In this document: piece after piece, positions 19,640 through 29,866 of the stretch
Position numbering within the stretch: position 1 is the first letter of the stretch
Layout: every line of letters starts with the position of its first letter
Source of the DNA: an uncultured Oligoflexus sp.
Lineage (GTDB): Bacteria; Bdellovibrionota_B; Oligoflexia; Oligoflexales; Oligoflexaceae
Direction of reading: 5' to 3'
Assembly: GCA_964236955.1 (NCBI GenBank)
Contig: CAXSGP010000026.1
Span: 1-50,483, forward strand
Length of the DNA stretch: 50,483 nt
Translations under genes and position numbers: made by a program
Notes under the pieces: model-generated
The model's input: the letters and a program-made list of their open reading frames with translations, nothing else
Databases searched by the model: none
What the model was told of the DNA's origin: nothing

Positions 19640-20066
19640 AAAGCTCCTTTCGCTGAATAAACTGCGACCAGTATACCATTCTCAGTGCTGAAGCAAAGCG
19701 CGGAGAGCCCATTCGCACGTATATTCAATCGACCTGCCACCCGCGCCATCATAAAAGAGATCATTTAATACGCAAATGGCTTGAAAAATTCCAACCCGTT
19801 TTTAAGCGGAAGCCAAAAGTATTTAAAGATTATCCCTTATCTGGAGGTCGAGACTTTACGAGGCGTGCAATTATTCCAGAGAAAAGAATCAGGACCAGGC
19901 GCTTCAAACTGGCTTTTGCAACGACCCGGTCAGAATATTGACCAGGAGTCTCCATGCTTTGGACACAACTGTACTCAAAGTAAGAAAGGCTCAATAGTTT
20001 CTCTTATCCTTCTGAGACCGGACACCGAAGTATAGCTATGAGTCCGAGTCTTCAGGAGCTAAGGCC

Positions 20067-20924
20067 ATGCGTAAATATCTGCTTATGTTTCTGCTTTTCA
20101 CAGCTTCAAACGCTATGGCTCAGACGAGACGGATCGTCACCTATATCGATGATGTTCAGGAGGATAGAAAATCGACTCGCTGGACCCTTACCGAATGGCT
20201 ACGTATCAAAGAACGTATGAAACTTATGGATGTCTGGCTGGCGATGTTCTCGAAGCCCACTGCAAAGTTCGCCCCGGAGCTCTCTTTTACCTATTATAAA
20301 GGCCTGGGGGACAGCAGCTTTGAGCTGGGCAGTGAAGCGGCATTCGCAAGCGATAAAATTCGGACCCGGGGTCTGGAAAAATTTGAAGAGGCCCGCATGC
20401 AGTTCTGGTTCACGAACCTGGTATCCGCCTCGACCGGCTTGCGCACCCTGGCTATCGATCTTGGGCTTGAGGGTCGAATCCACAACCGCTTTATGATCGA
20501 TGGTGCGCCAATCGTCGATCCTCTGCAGGGGACCTGGCGGCCTGGCACCGAAAAACTTCAGCAAGCTGGCCTTAATTTAAGGCTTTTTGGTGCTAATTCC
20601 CAGGATTCGACCCTTGTCGCAAAAATTGGCAAATTTGATAGGGACAATGGCTTTGTTGATCGCAAACAGCAGGCTGGCCAGTACTGGGGGGGTGAGATTG
20701 GACTGTATGTTCTGAGTATTTTAGGTGCAGAAGCGAACTACTACCAGTATCTGGACGGCAAGGCCAGAGTCGGTGATAGCGTCGACTATTTCGGCTTTCT
20801 GGAGTTTTACAATGTGCGCGTTGGCTATGGGCAGTCGCAGCAATCCTGGAACTGGCAGAGCGATTTAAATCACATGAAGTCCACTGAAATCGATCGCTTT
20901 GTGATGGCGCGGTTCTACTTTTAA
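20067..20924 (+). CDS. Exported hypothetical protein, probable outer-membrane beta-barrel
   Basis: Signal peptide ending AMA|Q, alternating beta-strand pattern, C-terminal RFVMARFYF ending in Phe. Confidence 0.6.
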   Translation: MRKYLLMFLLFTASNAMAQTRRIVTYIDDVQEDRKSTRWTLTEWLRIKERMKLMDVWLAMFSKPTAKFAPELSFTYYKGLGDSSFELGSEAAFASDKIRTRGLEKFEEARMQFWFTNLVSASTGLRTLAIDLGLEGRIHNRFMIDGAPIVDPLQGTWRPGTEKLQQAGLNLRLFGANSQDSTLVAKIGKFDRDNGFVDRKQQAGQYWGGEIGLYVLSILGAEANYYQYLDGKARVGDSVDYFGFLEFYNVRVGYGQSQQSWNWQSDLNHMKSTEIDRFVMARFYF

Positions 20925-21006
20925 AAGAGACAGTGCTTTTACTTTGACCTGGTGAGTTAAACCGGATAGCTTTACTCTAAATACCCTAAATTTAGAGGGA
21001 GCCGCT

Positions 21007-21588
21007 ATGGTTCAGCTAAGCACTCCATCGTTGCTGGTCGCGCTACCTGGTATGACGGACCCACATTTCTCACGGTCCGTGCTTCTCCTTGTACAGCATG
21101 GCCGCGATGGAGCCATGGGCTATGTTATCAACCGACCCCTGCCTTCCTCCCTACGGGATGCCAGCTTTCAAAACCGATATAAAATACCGAGTCACATTCC
21201 GGTATGGATGGGTGGGCCTATGGCCACCAACAACGGCGTCGTGCTTCATAATGAAGGGCGCGATGCCAGTTCAAGCTTTTCTTTCGGCAGTCTGCGCATA
21301 AGTGTATCCGAAGAGGCCAACGATGGGCTAATCGATTCGGCCGAAGAGGACTTGCTGCAGGATCAGCCGCGTCGGGGCCATCAACCCTATCGTTTTATCC
21401 TTGGCCAATCGTCGTGGGCTCCCAAGCAACTCGAGGCTGAACTTAAGGTCGGCCTGTGGATTCAACGCCCTATGGACGACAAATTGGTATTTTCCACAGC
21501 CTGGCAGGAGATCTGGTCTTTGGCCTTTGATGATCTTGGCATTCACCCCCTTGATATCAAGGCCAGCGTGCAAAACTATTTAAACTGA
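21007..21588 (+). CDS. YqgE/AlgH (DUF179) family protein
   Basis: LLVALPGMTDPHFSRSVLLL..H...GAMG.VINRP, WMGGP, G..SW...QLE.E...W. Confidence 0.9.
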   Translation: MVQLSTPSLLVALPGMTDPHFSRSVLLLVQHGRDGAMGYVINRPLPSSLRDASFQNRYKIPSHIPVWMGGPMATNNGVVLHNEGRDASSSFSFGSLRISVSEEANDGLIDSAEEDLLQDQPRRGHQPYRFILGQSSWAPKQLEAELKVGLWIQRPMDDKLVFSTAWQEIWSLAFDDLGIHPLDIKASVQNYLN

Positions 21589-21775
21589 TTGGTGCAGCTC
21601 GAGGTCCTTAGTCAAAATAAGATCTTTTGATCCCTTATTTCTTTATGATATGAGTGACTTCTCTTACCAACACCCACAAAAAGGCTTGTCTGGTCAGGGG
21701 AATAACATATCTATAGTTCCTGTGGCTTTGCCCCTTTCGGTAAAGTCCTTTCAAAGACAAGCCTAACGAGGACTT

Positions 21776-23134
21776 ATGAGAATCTCGAACCCTCATCTTA
21801 GACCCGGTCAAAAACAAGTTATCATCGTCGGAGGAGGCTTTGGTGGGATCAATGCAGCCAAAGAATTCGCAGGCCGCACGGATATTCAAGTCCTCCTCGT
21901 CGATCAAAGAAACTACCACCTCTTTCAGCCCCTGCTCTATCAGGTGGCGACCGCAGGTCTTAATCCCTCTGATATAGCTGTGCCCATTCGCGGGCTTTTC
22001 ACCAAGGCGAAAAATATCAGTGTTCACCTGGGACGCGTCGACAGTATTAATCTCGCCGAAAAATATATTAAAGGCGAGCAGGGTGAGGAAATTGAATATG
22101 ACTACCTGATCCTGGCCTGTGGGGTAAGACATAGTTATTTTGGCAAGCAGCAATGGGAGTATTACGCTCCTGGGCTCAAGACCATCGAGCAGGCTGTGGA
22201 AATGCGTCGCCGCATTCTGTCAGCCTTTGAAATAGCCGAAAATGAACCCGATCACAAAAAGCAAAAGGCTCTTCTGACCTTTGTGATCGTCGGGGCGGGG
22301 CCTACGGGTGTGGAACTTGCCGGGGCTATTGCCGGCATCAGCCGAGACGTGCTGGTGAGTGATTTCCGGCGCATTGATCCCGCGAGTGCGCGCGTTATTC
22401 TCATTGAGGCCGGACCGCGGGCTTTGACGATGTTTTCAGAAGATCTCTCGGCGCGCGCGGCGCTTGACCTCAAGGACCTTGGGGTTGAACTCATGACTGG
22501 GGTGAAGGTTGATCACATCGATAAAGAAGGGGTGACCTTTGGCGAGCAAAGGATCAAGTCGCCCAACGTGTTCTGGGCGGCCGGTGTCGAAGCCGATCCT
22601 GTCACCAAGTCTTTGGGCGTACCGCTCGACAATGCCGGACGCGTCGTGATCGGTCCGGATCTCTGTATTCCCGGCTTTCCAAACTGCTACGTAATAGGTG
22701 ACCTCGCTCACCTCGAAATCGATGGCAAACTCTTGCCTGGACTTGCGCAGGCGGCGATTCAAACCGGCAAGTTTGCAGCCCGCAATATCACTCTTGATAT
22801 CAAGGGTCAAGCCCGCAAACACTTTAAGTATAATGACAAAGGTCAGATGGCGACGATCGGCAAAAACAAAGCCGTTCTTCAGCTGAATAAAATCAAGATG
22901 ACCGGTTACATTGCCTGGCTGGCCTGGTTACTTGTGCATCTACTGTTCCTGGTCGGATTCAAAAATAAACTTATGGTGCTCTTCGAATGGATTTGGAGCA
23001 ATCTCTTTTCGAAGCGGGGAGCCCGGCTTATCACGCAGAGAGAATGGCGCTTTGGGCGGGATCCCCTCAATCCCGCAGTCTTGGCCAGCGTGCCTAAGGT
23101 AGCTCCTAAGCTACCCCATAAAGCTGAAGTCTAA
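21776..23134 (+). CDS. ndh: Type II NADH dehydrogenase
   Basis: Two Rossmann motifs (IVGGGFGG, IVGAGPTGVELAG), HLFQPLLYQVAT, WAAGV, IGD, KGQMATIG, AWLAWLLVHL. Confidence 0.93.
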   Translation: MRISNPHLRPGQKQVIIVGGGFGGINAAKEFAGRTDIQVLLVDQRNYHLFQPLLYQVATAGLNPSDIAVPIRGLFTKAKNISVHLGRVDSINLAEKYIKGEQGEEIEYDYLILACGVRHSYFGKQQWEYYAPGLKTIEQAVEMRRRILSAFEIAENEPDHKKQKALLTFVIVGAGPTGVELAGAIAGISRDVLVSDFRRIDPASARVILIEAGPRALTMFSEDLSARAALDLKDLGVELMTGVKVDHIDKEGVTFGEQRIKSPNVFWAAGVEADPVTKSLGVPLDNAGRVVIGPDLCIPGFPNCYVIGDLAHLEIDGKLLPGLAQAAIQTGKFAARNITLDIKGQARKHFKYNDKGQMATIGKNKAVLQLNKIKMTGYIAWLAWLLVHLLFLVGFKNKLMVLFEWIWSNLFSKRGARLITQREWRFGRDPLNPAVLASVPKVAPKLPHKAEV

Positions 23135-23353
23135 TTCCTTATTGCGATTGGACATTTCGCGCCACTTTTGGTCAGAAAACCAAAAAGTTGATCTTTTGAC
23201 AAAAGATGACTCAATGATACGAGTCCAGGGTCGGTAGCGGCTAAGCAGCAAAGGCCTTACCGGGCTTGCAAGCCTTTACCGACTTCCTCGCCAGCTCAAG
23301 ATTCCTGAATGTTGATCCGATGAGAAATCGGTTTCCACCAGCTTGGGTTTAAT

Positions 23354-24154
23354 ATGAAAAATTTGGCTATGCATCGATTGTCTATTCGTCTCCGGGATTG
23401 GACCAGGACTCTCATCCTGATCGGGGTCGCATCTGATCTGATGAGCGCATGCAGAGGCTACGCTCCCGATGCAAACCCACCGACAGAAAAATCTCGCACT
23501 GCGGCCCGCAATAGTCTGGGTAAGGATTCAAGGGATTCTGCGCCAGCCAAGGCTGCCGAATATTCCGATACGACGGTTCCAATCAAGGCCGCTCCGGTAG
23601 TGGCGAACGGAGCTGCCGCGGGGGAAAGCCAAAACGAAAGTGAAAACGAAGCTGTCTCAGTTCCTGCCCCTGTAAATGGCGCGCATACGGACGCGACAGC
23701 GCTTGAACCGGGCCAAGTCCTTATGAATGGCCAATACACAGTTAAAAATTATTCGAGCAAAAAGTGTCTGCATGTGCCTGACGCAAAGCGGGAAAATAGC
23801 GTGAAAATGGTGCAATTCACCTGCGATAACGCGCCCGAAAATAAATTCACTGTGGATTTTGTCGAACATAAATATTATCGCATCACAAATTTCTCAAATA
23901 GCAAATCACTGCAGGTTGCCGATGAAATCGCGCAGGATGAGGCGCTTGTTGAACAATCCGATTATTTGGGACAGATCTATCAGCAATGGTTGCTATTCAA
24001 GCAAGAGGACGGGTCTTTTCTCGTCAAGCCGCGCGGCAATCCAAATCTTTGTCTTGATGTCCTCTATGGAAGCGAGGCTGACAACGTCGGCATTCAGCTG
24101 TGGCGTGACTGCAGCGGGCCAGGCCAAAGATGGTTGATTACGCCTGTCTACTGA
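23354..24154 (+). CDS. Lipoprotein with ricin-type beta-trefoil lectin domain
   Basis: Lipobox-like MSAC, Ala/Pro-rich linker, three repeats (KCLHV..QFTC, KSLQV..QQW, LCLDV..QRW). Confidence 0.8.
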   Translation: MKNLAMHRLSIRLRDWTRTLILIGVASDLMSACRGYAPDANPPTEKSRTAARNSLGKDSRDSAPAKAAEYSDTTVPIKAAPVVANGAAAGESQNESENEAVSVPAPVNGAHTDATALEPGQVLMNGQYTVKNYSSKKCLHVPDAKRENSVKMVQFTCDNAPENKFTVDFVEHKYYRITNFSNSKSLQVADEIAQDEALVEQSDYLGQIYQQWLLFKQEDGSFLVKPRGNPNLCLDVLYGSEADNVGIQLWRDCSGPGQRWLITPVY

Positions 24155-24211
24155 TCGTCAGCAATGGCCTTGCCCTCGACCCCTTCGCGCAGGCCAAGGG
24201 GTTTTTCTTGT

Positions 24212-24667
24212 CTAAAAATGGGCAACCAGCGCCTTCAACAGAATAATCGCCGTAAAAGCTGTTCCAACCACTATTGCCAGCGTGATGGCGACCACCCCCA
24301 ACACAAATAATTTATCGACCGATGTTGCCGAGGGATTCGCCAGGTTTTTTTCAAGAAGAATGCGATTTCTTTCGTTCGATTTCCAGTACGCATCAAAAAT
24401 ATCACCGACCACCGGCACGATCCCGATTACGGATTCAATCAGAATATTGAAGACCATGCGCACCAAGGTAAAACGAGAAACACGCATCTGCATGGCCGCA
24501 TAGATGATATAGGTTGACACGAGGCTTGTAACGGCATCGCCCACGCCCGGAATGAGGCCGATAATAGGGTCAATTCCTATTCTAAATTTGGTGCCCGGGA
24601 TTGGAATTGCACTGTCCAGGATATAGCTGAGGCGTCTAATCAACGCGATTTGGGGTGATTCAGGCAT
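24212..24667 (-). CDS. DUF4112 family membrane protein
   Basis: LDSAIPIPGTKFRIGIDPIIGLIPGVGD...RMVFNI...G.VP.VGDIFD..WKSN.RN; start placed at MPES. Confidence 0.85.
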   Translation of the reverse strand: MPESPQIALIRRLSYILDSAIPIPGTKFRIGIDPIIGLIPGVGDAVTSLVSTYIIYAAMQMRVSRFTLVRMVFNILIESVIGIVPVVGDIFDAYWKSNERNRILLEKNLANPSATSVDKLFVLGVVAITLAIVVGTAFTAIILLKALVAHF

Positions 24668-24946
24668 AAAACTCAAAGTCCTTATATCGATCGGAGCATC
24701 ACGTTTCACCGCATCCCGGCGGTTTCTCCAGGATGCACGGTGGCTCATCCCAGCCGCGTGATGCTAACGTATTATAAGCAAATTGGGATAGAAATATTAT
24801 TGCATTTGATTGGCGACAGTCCGCTCATCAATAATTCGATAAAGTTATTTTTTAGTTTCTGATATTATTCATGAATCCAGAATATTAGTGCAAAATTCAA
24901 GACTTTTGCGACAGACTTATTCCAGCGGTCCTGATATGCAGATAGT

Positions 24947-26956
24947 ATGGAAAATATTGTGTCGCAGCCCCAAAATAGAATTTTGCAGTACCTGATAGTA
25001 ATCGTCGCAGTAAGCGCCATTACTTTAGTTCGTATTGGCCTGTATCCTGTCCTTGGTGATGGTGTACCGCTGATGCTTTATTTGCTTCCTGTTATGCTGT
25101 CTGGAATATTATATGGTTTTTGGCCCGGGGTCTTTGCCACCGTACTTTCAAGTGTGGCTGGAGCGATATGGTTTATAAAATCCATGGATGCCAGTAATAC
25201 CGCCCGGCTTCTGGTGTTTCTATGCGTTGGTATTTTGTGCTCAGTTATCGGCGCGATGACACGAAGCAAAAGTATAAGGATCAAAGAACTCCTGGCCAGA
25301 TCTCTAGAAGGATCGGAAAGTGAAAGACACTTACGCCTGCAAATCGAAGCCAAGGATCAGGATCGGGCCGAGCTTATCCAGTCCCTTGCTGAAACCAATG
25401 CTCAACTCCAAAAAAGTCAATCGAGATTCGAACGAGTTGCTCTCGCCGCCAATGTCGGGATCTGGAGCTGGTCGACCGATTCTAAAATCATGACGACTTC
25501 AGAGGCCTGCAACGAACATCTCGGACTGACTCATGTTCCCATGGTCGATGCTAAGGTCCTGCTCAATTGCATTCATAAAGACGATCGGGCTTTGATCTGT
25601 GATGCGGTCCAAAAATCCATGGATCACGATCAAAAATTCGATTTGGAGTTCCGCACGGTAATCGGTGGTAAAGGCCAATCCAAATGGATAAGAGCGGCAG
25701 GCTGGATCGATCAGAGCCACGACAGTCCCCGCCTTTATGGAATCAGTATTGATATCACCAACCATAAACGCGCCATTGACGAAGGAGCCGCCGCACGCCT
25801 CGTTGCTGAACGGGCAAGCGAGGCTAAATCGCGCTTTCTGGCACAGATGTCACATGAGATACGCTCGCCCATGAACGCGATCCTCGGTTTCACTCAGATC
25901 CTGATTGAAGACGCTCTTGCCTCAAAGAATGCCAGTCTTGAGGGATTGACCCGTATCAAGGCCAATGGTGATCACCTCATGCATATCATCAATGATATCC
26001 TTGATATTTCAAAATTCGAAACAGGGTGCATCACAGTCGAGCGTTCGCGATTTTCCCCGACCAATCTGGTCGAAGAGGTCATTTTTTCCTATAAACATTC
26101 CGCCGATATCAAAAATCTGAGTCTCCAATTTTACGCCACGTCCGCAGTACCGGCCGAGATTGTTTCCGATCATTCGCGCCTTCGGCAGATCCTTTTTAAT
26201 CTGATCGGCAATGCGTTGAAGTTTACCGAATTGGGTTCAGTGATCGTGGACCTTGACTATACTCATGGATTTTTACACTTTAAGATCTCTGACACAGGAG
26301 TGGGGCTGACCGAGGAACAAATTCTAAGGCTCTTTCAGCCTTTCGAGCAAGCCGACAGCCGGACTAACCGAAAATTTGGTGGCACGGGTTTAGGTTTAGT
26401 GCTTTCTCGCCATCTCGCGCAGGCGCTCGGTGGGGATATGACCCTTTATTCTGGCGGCTGTGGTCAAGGCTGCAGCTTTTCGTTTACGATTGCGACGGGT
26501 ATGGAAGATGCCCATTATCCATTGAGTTCGGGGTTTCATAACCTGAATAACAGCAAAGTTGATCTTCACGACTTACGGGTGCTGTTAGCCGAGGATTCTC
26601 CCGATGGCGCGGCGATTGTTACCCGGCTGCTCACGCGGGCCAAAGCCAGCGTCATGATCGCCAACAGTGGTTTCGAAGTGCTGGAACAGACGCGCCTGCA
26701 TGATTTCGATATCATTCTCATGGACGTGCAAATGCCGGGTATGGACGGATTGGAAGCCACCCGTATTCTGAGGCGCTCGGGCTATGACAAGCCGATCGTG
26801 GCCCTCACCGCTCATGCGTTGCCCGAAGAAAAAGAACGGTCGACACGAGCGGGTTGCAATGCCCATCTCACCAAACCCATTGATAAAAATATTCTGCTCC
26901 AAGCAATTCAGCAGCATACCCAAAGCCGTCAGATCCCGAAAAAAATCACCTCATGA
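24947..26956 (+). CDS. Hybrid sensor histidine kinase/response regulator (DUF4118-like TM, PAS, HisKA, HATPase, REC)
   Basis: N-terminal TM helices, VGIWSW..IH.DD PAS, FLAQMSHEIRSPMN, NLIGNALKFT, GTGLGL, LMDVQMPGMDG. Confidence 0.92.
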   Translation: MENIVSQPQNRILQYLIVIVAVSAITLVRIGLYPVLGDGVPLMLYLLPVMLSGILYGFWPGVFATVLSSVAGAIWFIKSMDASNTARLLVFLCVGILCSVIGAMTRSKSIRIKELLARSLEGSESERHLRLQIEAKDQDRAELIQSLAETNAQLQKSQSRFERVALAANVGIWSWSTDSKIMTTSEACNEHLGLTHVPMVDAKVLLNCIHKDDRALICDAVQKSMDHDQKFDLEFRTVIGGKGQSKWIRAAGWIDQSHDSPRLYGISIDITNHKRAIDEGAAARLVAERASEAKSRFLAQMSHEIRSPMNAILGFTQILIEDALASKNASLEGLTRIKANGDHLMHIINDILDISKFETGCITVERSRFSPTNLVEEVIFSYKHSADIKNLSLQFYATSAVPAEIVSDHSRLRQILFNLIGNALKFTELGSVIVDLDYTHGFLHFKISDTGVGLTEEQILRLFQPFEQADSRTNRKFGGTGLGLVLSRHLAQALGGDMTLYSGGCGQGCSFSFTIATGMEDAHYPLSSGFHNLNNSKVDLHDLRVLLAEDSPDGAAIVTRLLTRAKASVMIANSGFEVLEQTRLHDFDIILMDVQMPGMDGLEATRILRRSGYDKPIVALTAHALPEEKERSTRAGCNAHLTKPIDKNILLQAIQQHTQSRQIPKKITS

Positions 26957-27077
26957 TTTCTTGCGCTATCGATACCCATAGTGATAGCGAGAAGAAAGAG
27001 CGCCCCATTTAAGCCGGGACCCTGACCTTCAGGGACAGATCGATGGGGGATCTTTTTCGGGCTGGTATCCCTAACAA

Positions 27078-27100
27078 CCTGCAAACTTAGTGTTTGCAGG
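27078..27100. terminator. Hairpin between convergent genes
   Basis: CCTGCAAAC-TTAGT-GTTTGCAGG perfect 9-bp stem. Confidence 0.45.
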
Positions 27101-27179
27101 CCGTTCTCAGAGAATTTGTCTGAATGATTTTTCCTTCAGCTGTTGGAAATGCCCAACACGCTAGAATTTTTTTCGACGT

Positions 27180-28208
27180 TCAATGGATTGGCCTTGGCAC
27201 GCCAAATCCTTCGGGGCGGGATTCCATAAAAGTTTCATTCCGAGGCATGCCATGAATGCCGCCAAAAGTTGCGGCAATTGCGCCAAGCACTAAAGCGAAA
27301 AAGGACAGTAAGGCTGCTCTTGAGATGTTTTTTGCAGTGGCATCACCGATCTCACGAGCTTTTTGCTCAGTGGCGGCTTTGGCTTTTTCAAACTGCTGCT
27401 TCGCAACGACCGCCGCGGATTGCCAACGGTCCACTGTTTGCCCTGCCTGCTCTCTTGTCATGTTGCTTCGAGCGACCAAGACATTGATCAAAGAATCTCG
27501 ATCAACCTGGTTTAAAGTCGCTTCCCCGCGGGAAAAAATGCGATCGATCAAAGCCGACACATCGGTTTCCGAGGCAACTGGATTCTGGGCTGCGTTTTGT
27601 GCCGTCTTACCGGCATCTGTAACCGCTGCTCCTGCCTGCTGCTGCAATTTTTCGGGCTGCAGGTCTGGGTTATTCGTTTGGCGAAGGAGGGTCACAGCTT
27701 CGTTCTTAATCGTGCCCAGGTTGATACCGTTTTGGCGAAACTGCTCCTGTGCAAATTCACCCAGATCCGGAGCAACTTTAGCAACTCCCTGCGAAACGGC
27801 GGAAGCGCCTGATTTAACCATGCCGGCCATCCCGCTAAGCGCGCTGCTCAACAGCGAGTTAATGAAGTAAAAGGCAATGAGGGCAGTGAATGCCCAAGTC
27901 AGGACTCCATGGAGCGAAGACTCAAGGCGACGGTTCATGCCGGCTAAACGTCCAGCGACCCAGCCTCCTCCATAAAGAGAAATAATGGTAGTGACAGCAA
28001 ACCAGATTCCGGTGCCGGTTCCCAGCCCAGACATAGGGTTTTGTTGCTGCAGGGGATCAATAGTGCTGGCCCCTATCCCAAGTCCAAGTAGACTGAGGAG
28101 CAGCTGGACGGCCAAGGCCACAACCACTCCGCCTAAAACTGCAGGCCAGGAAATTCGTTTTATGATCGAAATAGGTCGTTCCATTTCCAAATTGTGTGTC
28201 TCTGCCAT
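27180..28208 (-). CDS. Conserved membrane protein (YrzE-like, RISW.A..GG motif) with helical soluble insert
   Basis: RISWPAVLGGVVVALAVQLLLSLLGLGIG, GGWVAGRLAG, HGVLTWA, C-terminal TM; AGGAG RBS 7 nt before ATG 28208. Confidence 0.75.
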   Translation of the reverse strand: MAETHNLEMERPISIIKRISWPAVLGGVVVALAVQLLLSLLGLGIGASTIDPLQQQNPMSGLGTGTGIWFAVTTIISLYGGGWVAGRLAGMNRRLESSLHGVLTWAFTALIAFYFINSLLSSALSGMAGMVKSGASAVSQGVAKVAPDLGEFAQEQFRQNGINLGTIKNEAVTLLRQTNNPDLQPEKLQQQAGAAVTDAGKTAQNAAQNPVASETDVSALIDRIFSRGEATLNQVDRDSLINVLVARSNMTREQAGQTVDRWQSAAVVAKQQFEKAKAATEQKAREIGDATAKNISRAALLSFFALVLGAIAATFGGIHGMPRNETFMESRPEGFGVPRPIH

Positions 28209-28260
28209 GTTCATTCTCCTAAAGGTTGATCTCTCAATCGCTATTTGCTGGCAACTCAAA

Positions 28261-28276
28261 TGCAATAAGCGGCCCA
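28261..28276 (-). promoter_or_regulatory. sigma54 -24/-12 promoter
   Basis: Minus strand TGGGCCG-CTTA-TTGCA, 52 nt before ATG 28208. Confidence 0.6.
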
Positions 28277-28488
28277 AACTGCAGCAAATAGCGAGAATAT
28301 GTAAAGGCCTCCAGGATCTTGATTTTCAGGAAAAAACCCCAAAAAATGGCGCTTGGGCCTTAGATTTTTAATTCTTTACATATTTGCCATAAAGCGGCAG
28401 GCTTCAAACCCCCACTTGACCTCGTCTAAACGTTCTGATTTGCTAGCAGTCATGATCATTCAATGTTTAAGATTGAGGAGTTTGGAAG

Positions 28489-29217
28489 ATGAAAAAGGGA
28501 TTGCGCTGTCTATCGTGGAGTCTTTGGAGTGCGGCGATTTTAGCTTCGGGGCAAATGGCGTGTTCCCACGGAGCTGCGGATACCAACAGGGGATCCGCCG
28601 AAATCAGTGGCAGCGATAAAAAAATCGATGCCAACACGGCTTCTAAAGCGAAAGAAAAAGAATATTCTGTGACTGGGACAATACGTACAGCCACTGAAAA
28701 TGGCACGGACAAGGTCAAAACCAAAGGCAAAAAAGCCATAAAAAGAACCCAGGCCGCTGCCGATCATACCGCTGCCGTCGTCCGTGGCGACGCTCCGGCG
28801 GAAGGTAGTGACGAAGAATATTTAGCAGATGTTGATGCAGCCATGGGTGATCAAACGAGTCCCAGCGCACAAAAAGGGGATGAGGCTTTGGACGCGGCGA
28901 CATCAACTGCAATCAACTCGGAAGCTGATAATTCTCGGGTCAATCGGCTCCATGACGGTGAAGCGGGAGTCTCGGCCTTTGAACAGGGCGACAGCACATC
29001 CGATATTGAAATCACTCGCAAGATTCGTCGCAGCATCGTCAATAACAAGGCGCTTTCTATTTATGCTCACAACGTAAAAATCATCACACGCGATGGCCGT
29101 GTCATCCTCAAAGGACCGGTTCGTTCGGAAGATGAGCGTAAGATTGTCGAGGACTCGGCGATAACCGTTGCCGGAGCGGATCATGTGACGAGCGGTCTTG
29201 AAGTGAAGGCAAAGTAA
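28489..29217 (+). CDS. BON-domain lipoprotein (OsmY-like)
   Basis: Lipobox QMAC; C-terminal DIEITRKIRRSIV...LSIYAHNVKIITRDGRVILKGPVRSEDE BON domain. Confidence 0.88.
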   Translation: MKKGLRCLSWSLWSAAILASGQMACSHGAADTNRGSAEISGSDKKIDANTASKAKEKEYSVTGTIRTATENGTDKVKTKGKKAIKRTQAAADHTAAVVRGDAPAEGSDEEYLADVDAAMGDQTSPSAQKGDEALDAATSTAINSEADNSRVNRLHDGEAGVSAFEQGDSTSDIEITRKIRRSIVNNKALSIYAHNVKIITRDGRVILKGPVRSEDERKIVEDSAITVAGADHVTSGLEVKAK

Positions 29218-29262
29218 TAATCAGTTTATAAACACCAGGCCTTTTAACCCAAGGTCTCAATC

Positions 29263-29292
29263 AAGGCCTTATATCTCACAATATAAGGCCTT
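29263..29292. terminator. Hairpin between convergent BON and FMN reductase genes
   Basis: AAGGCCTTATAT-CTCACA-ATATAAGGCCTT perfect 12-bp stem. Confidence 0.55.
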
Positions 29293-29293
29293 A

Positions 29294-29824
29294 TCAGGCC
29301 TTCAACTCTTTGCCAATAAAAGCGAGCGAACGGTCAAGGGTCTCTGAAAGTAAGGGATCAATGATTTTGCCTGTTCCGTCAAACTTCGTAAAAGCGCCGC
29401 TGACGATGAAACCCGCGGCCTCCATGATACGACCGCCCGACATGACCCGGATGACTTCATGCAGGGCTGCCTCGGCATAACGGGGATTCATGGCCGATGG
29501 CGTCACGTGGATCAGAGCCGTCGGCTTGTTGTCCCACTCGCCACTGCCGACTATCCAATCCAAAGCATTCTTTAGAATTCCGGGCAGGCCATGGACATAT
29601 TCAGGGCTGGCGATGATGATAGCCGCAGCATCTTTGATCGAATCGCGTAGTGCCTCCACTGACGCGTGATGAGAGGAGTCATCAGGATTAAAGGGCGGAA
29701 TCTCGCCAAGGCGGTCAAAGATTACAAGGGTCGCTGTTTTCAGGCGTTTTTGAGCCTCTCTGAGTATGGCCATGTTAAAAGATCGTTCGCGGAGACTGCC
29801 ACACAAAGCTAAGACCTTCATCAT
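29294..29824 (-). CDS. NADPH-dependent FMN reductase
   Basis: LCGSLRERSFN, IPPFNPD, SPEYVHGLPGILKNALDW, KP. Confidence 0.9.
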   Translation of the reverse strand: MMKVLALCGSLRERSFNMAILREAQKRLKTATLVIFDRLGEIPPFNPDDSSHHASVEALRDSIKDAAAIIIASPEYVHGLPGILKNALDWIVGSGEWDNKPTALIHVTPSAMNPRYAEAALHEVIRVMSGGRIMEAAGFIVSGAFTKFDGTGKIIDPLLSETLDRSLAFIGKELKA

Positions 29825-29866
29825 CGCTCGCCTTTCCCTGGTTCAAATACTTAAAAACTTAAATAC

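Noticed and set aside
19781..20035. 84-aa ORF between PPIase and the beta-barrel gene
   Set aside because: TTG start, no RBS, no motifs; more likely divergent promoter DNA
29236..29302. Several AGGCCT copies resembling a repeat array
   Set aside because: Explained by one hairpin plus the FMN reductase stop region; no regular spacers, so not CRISPR or REP
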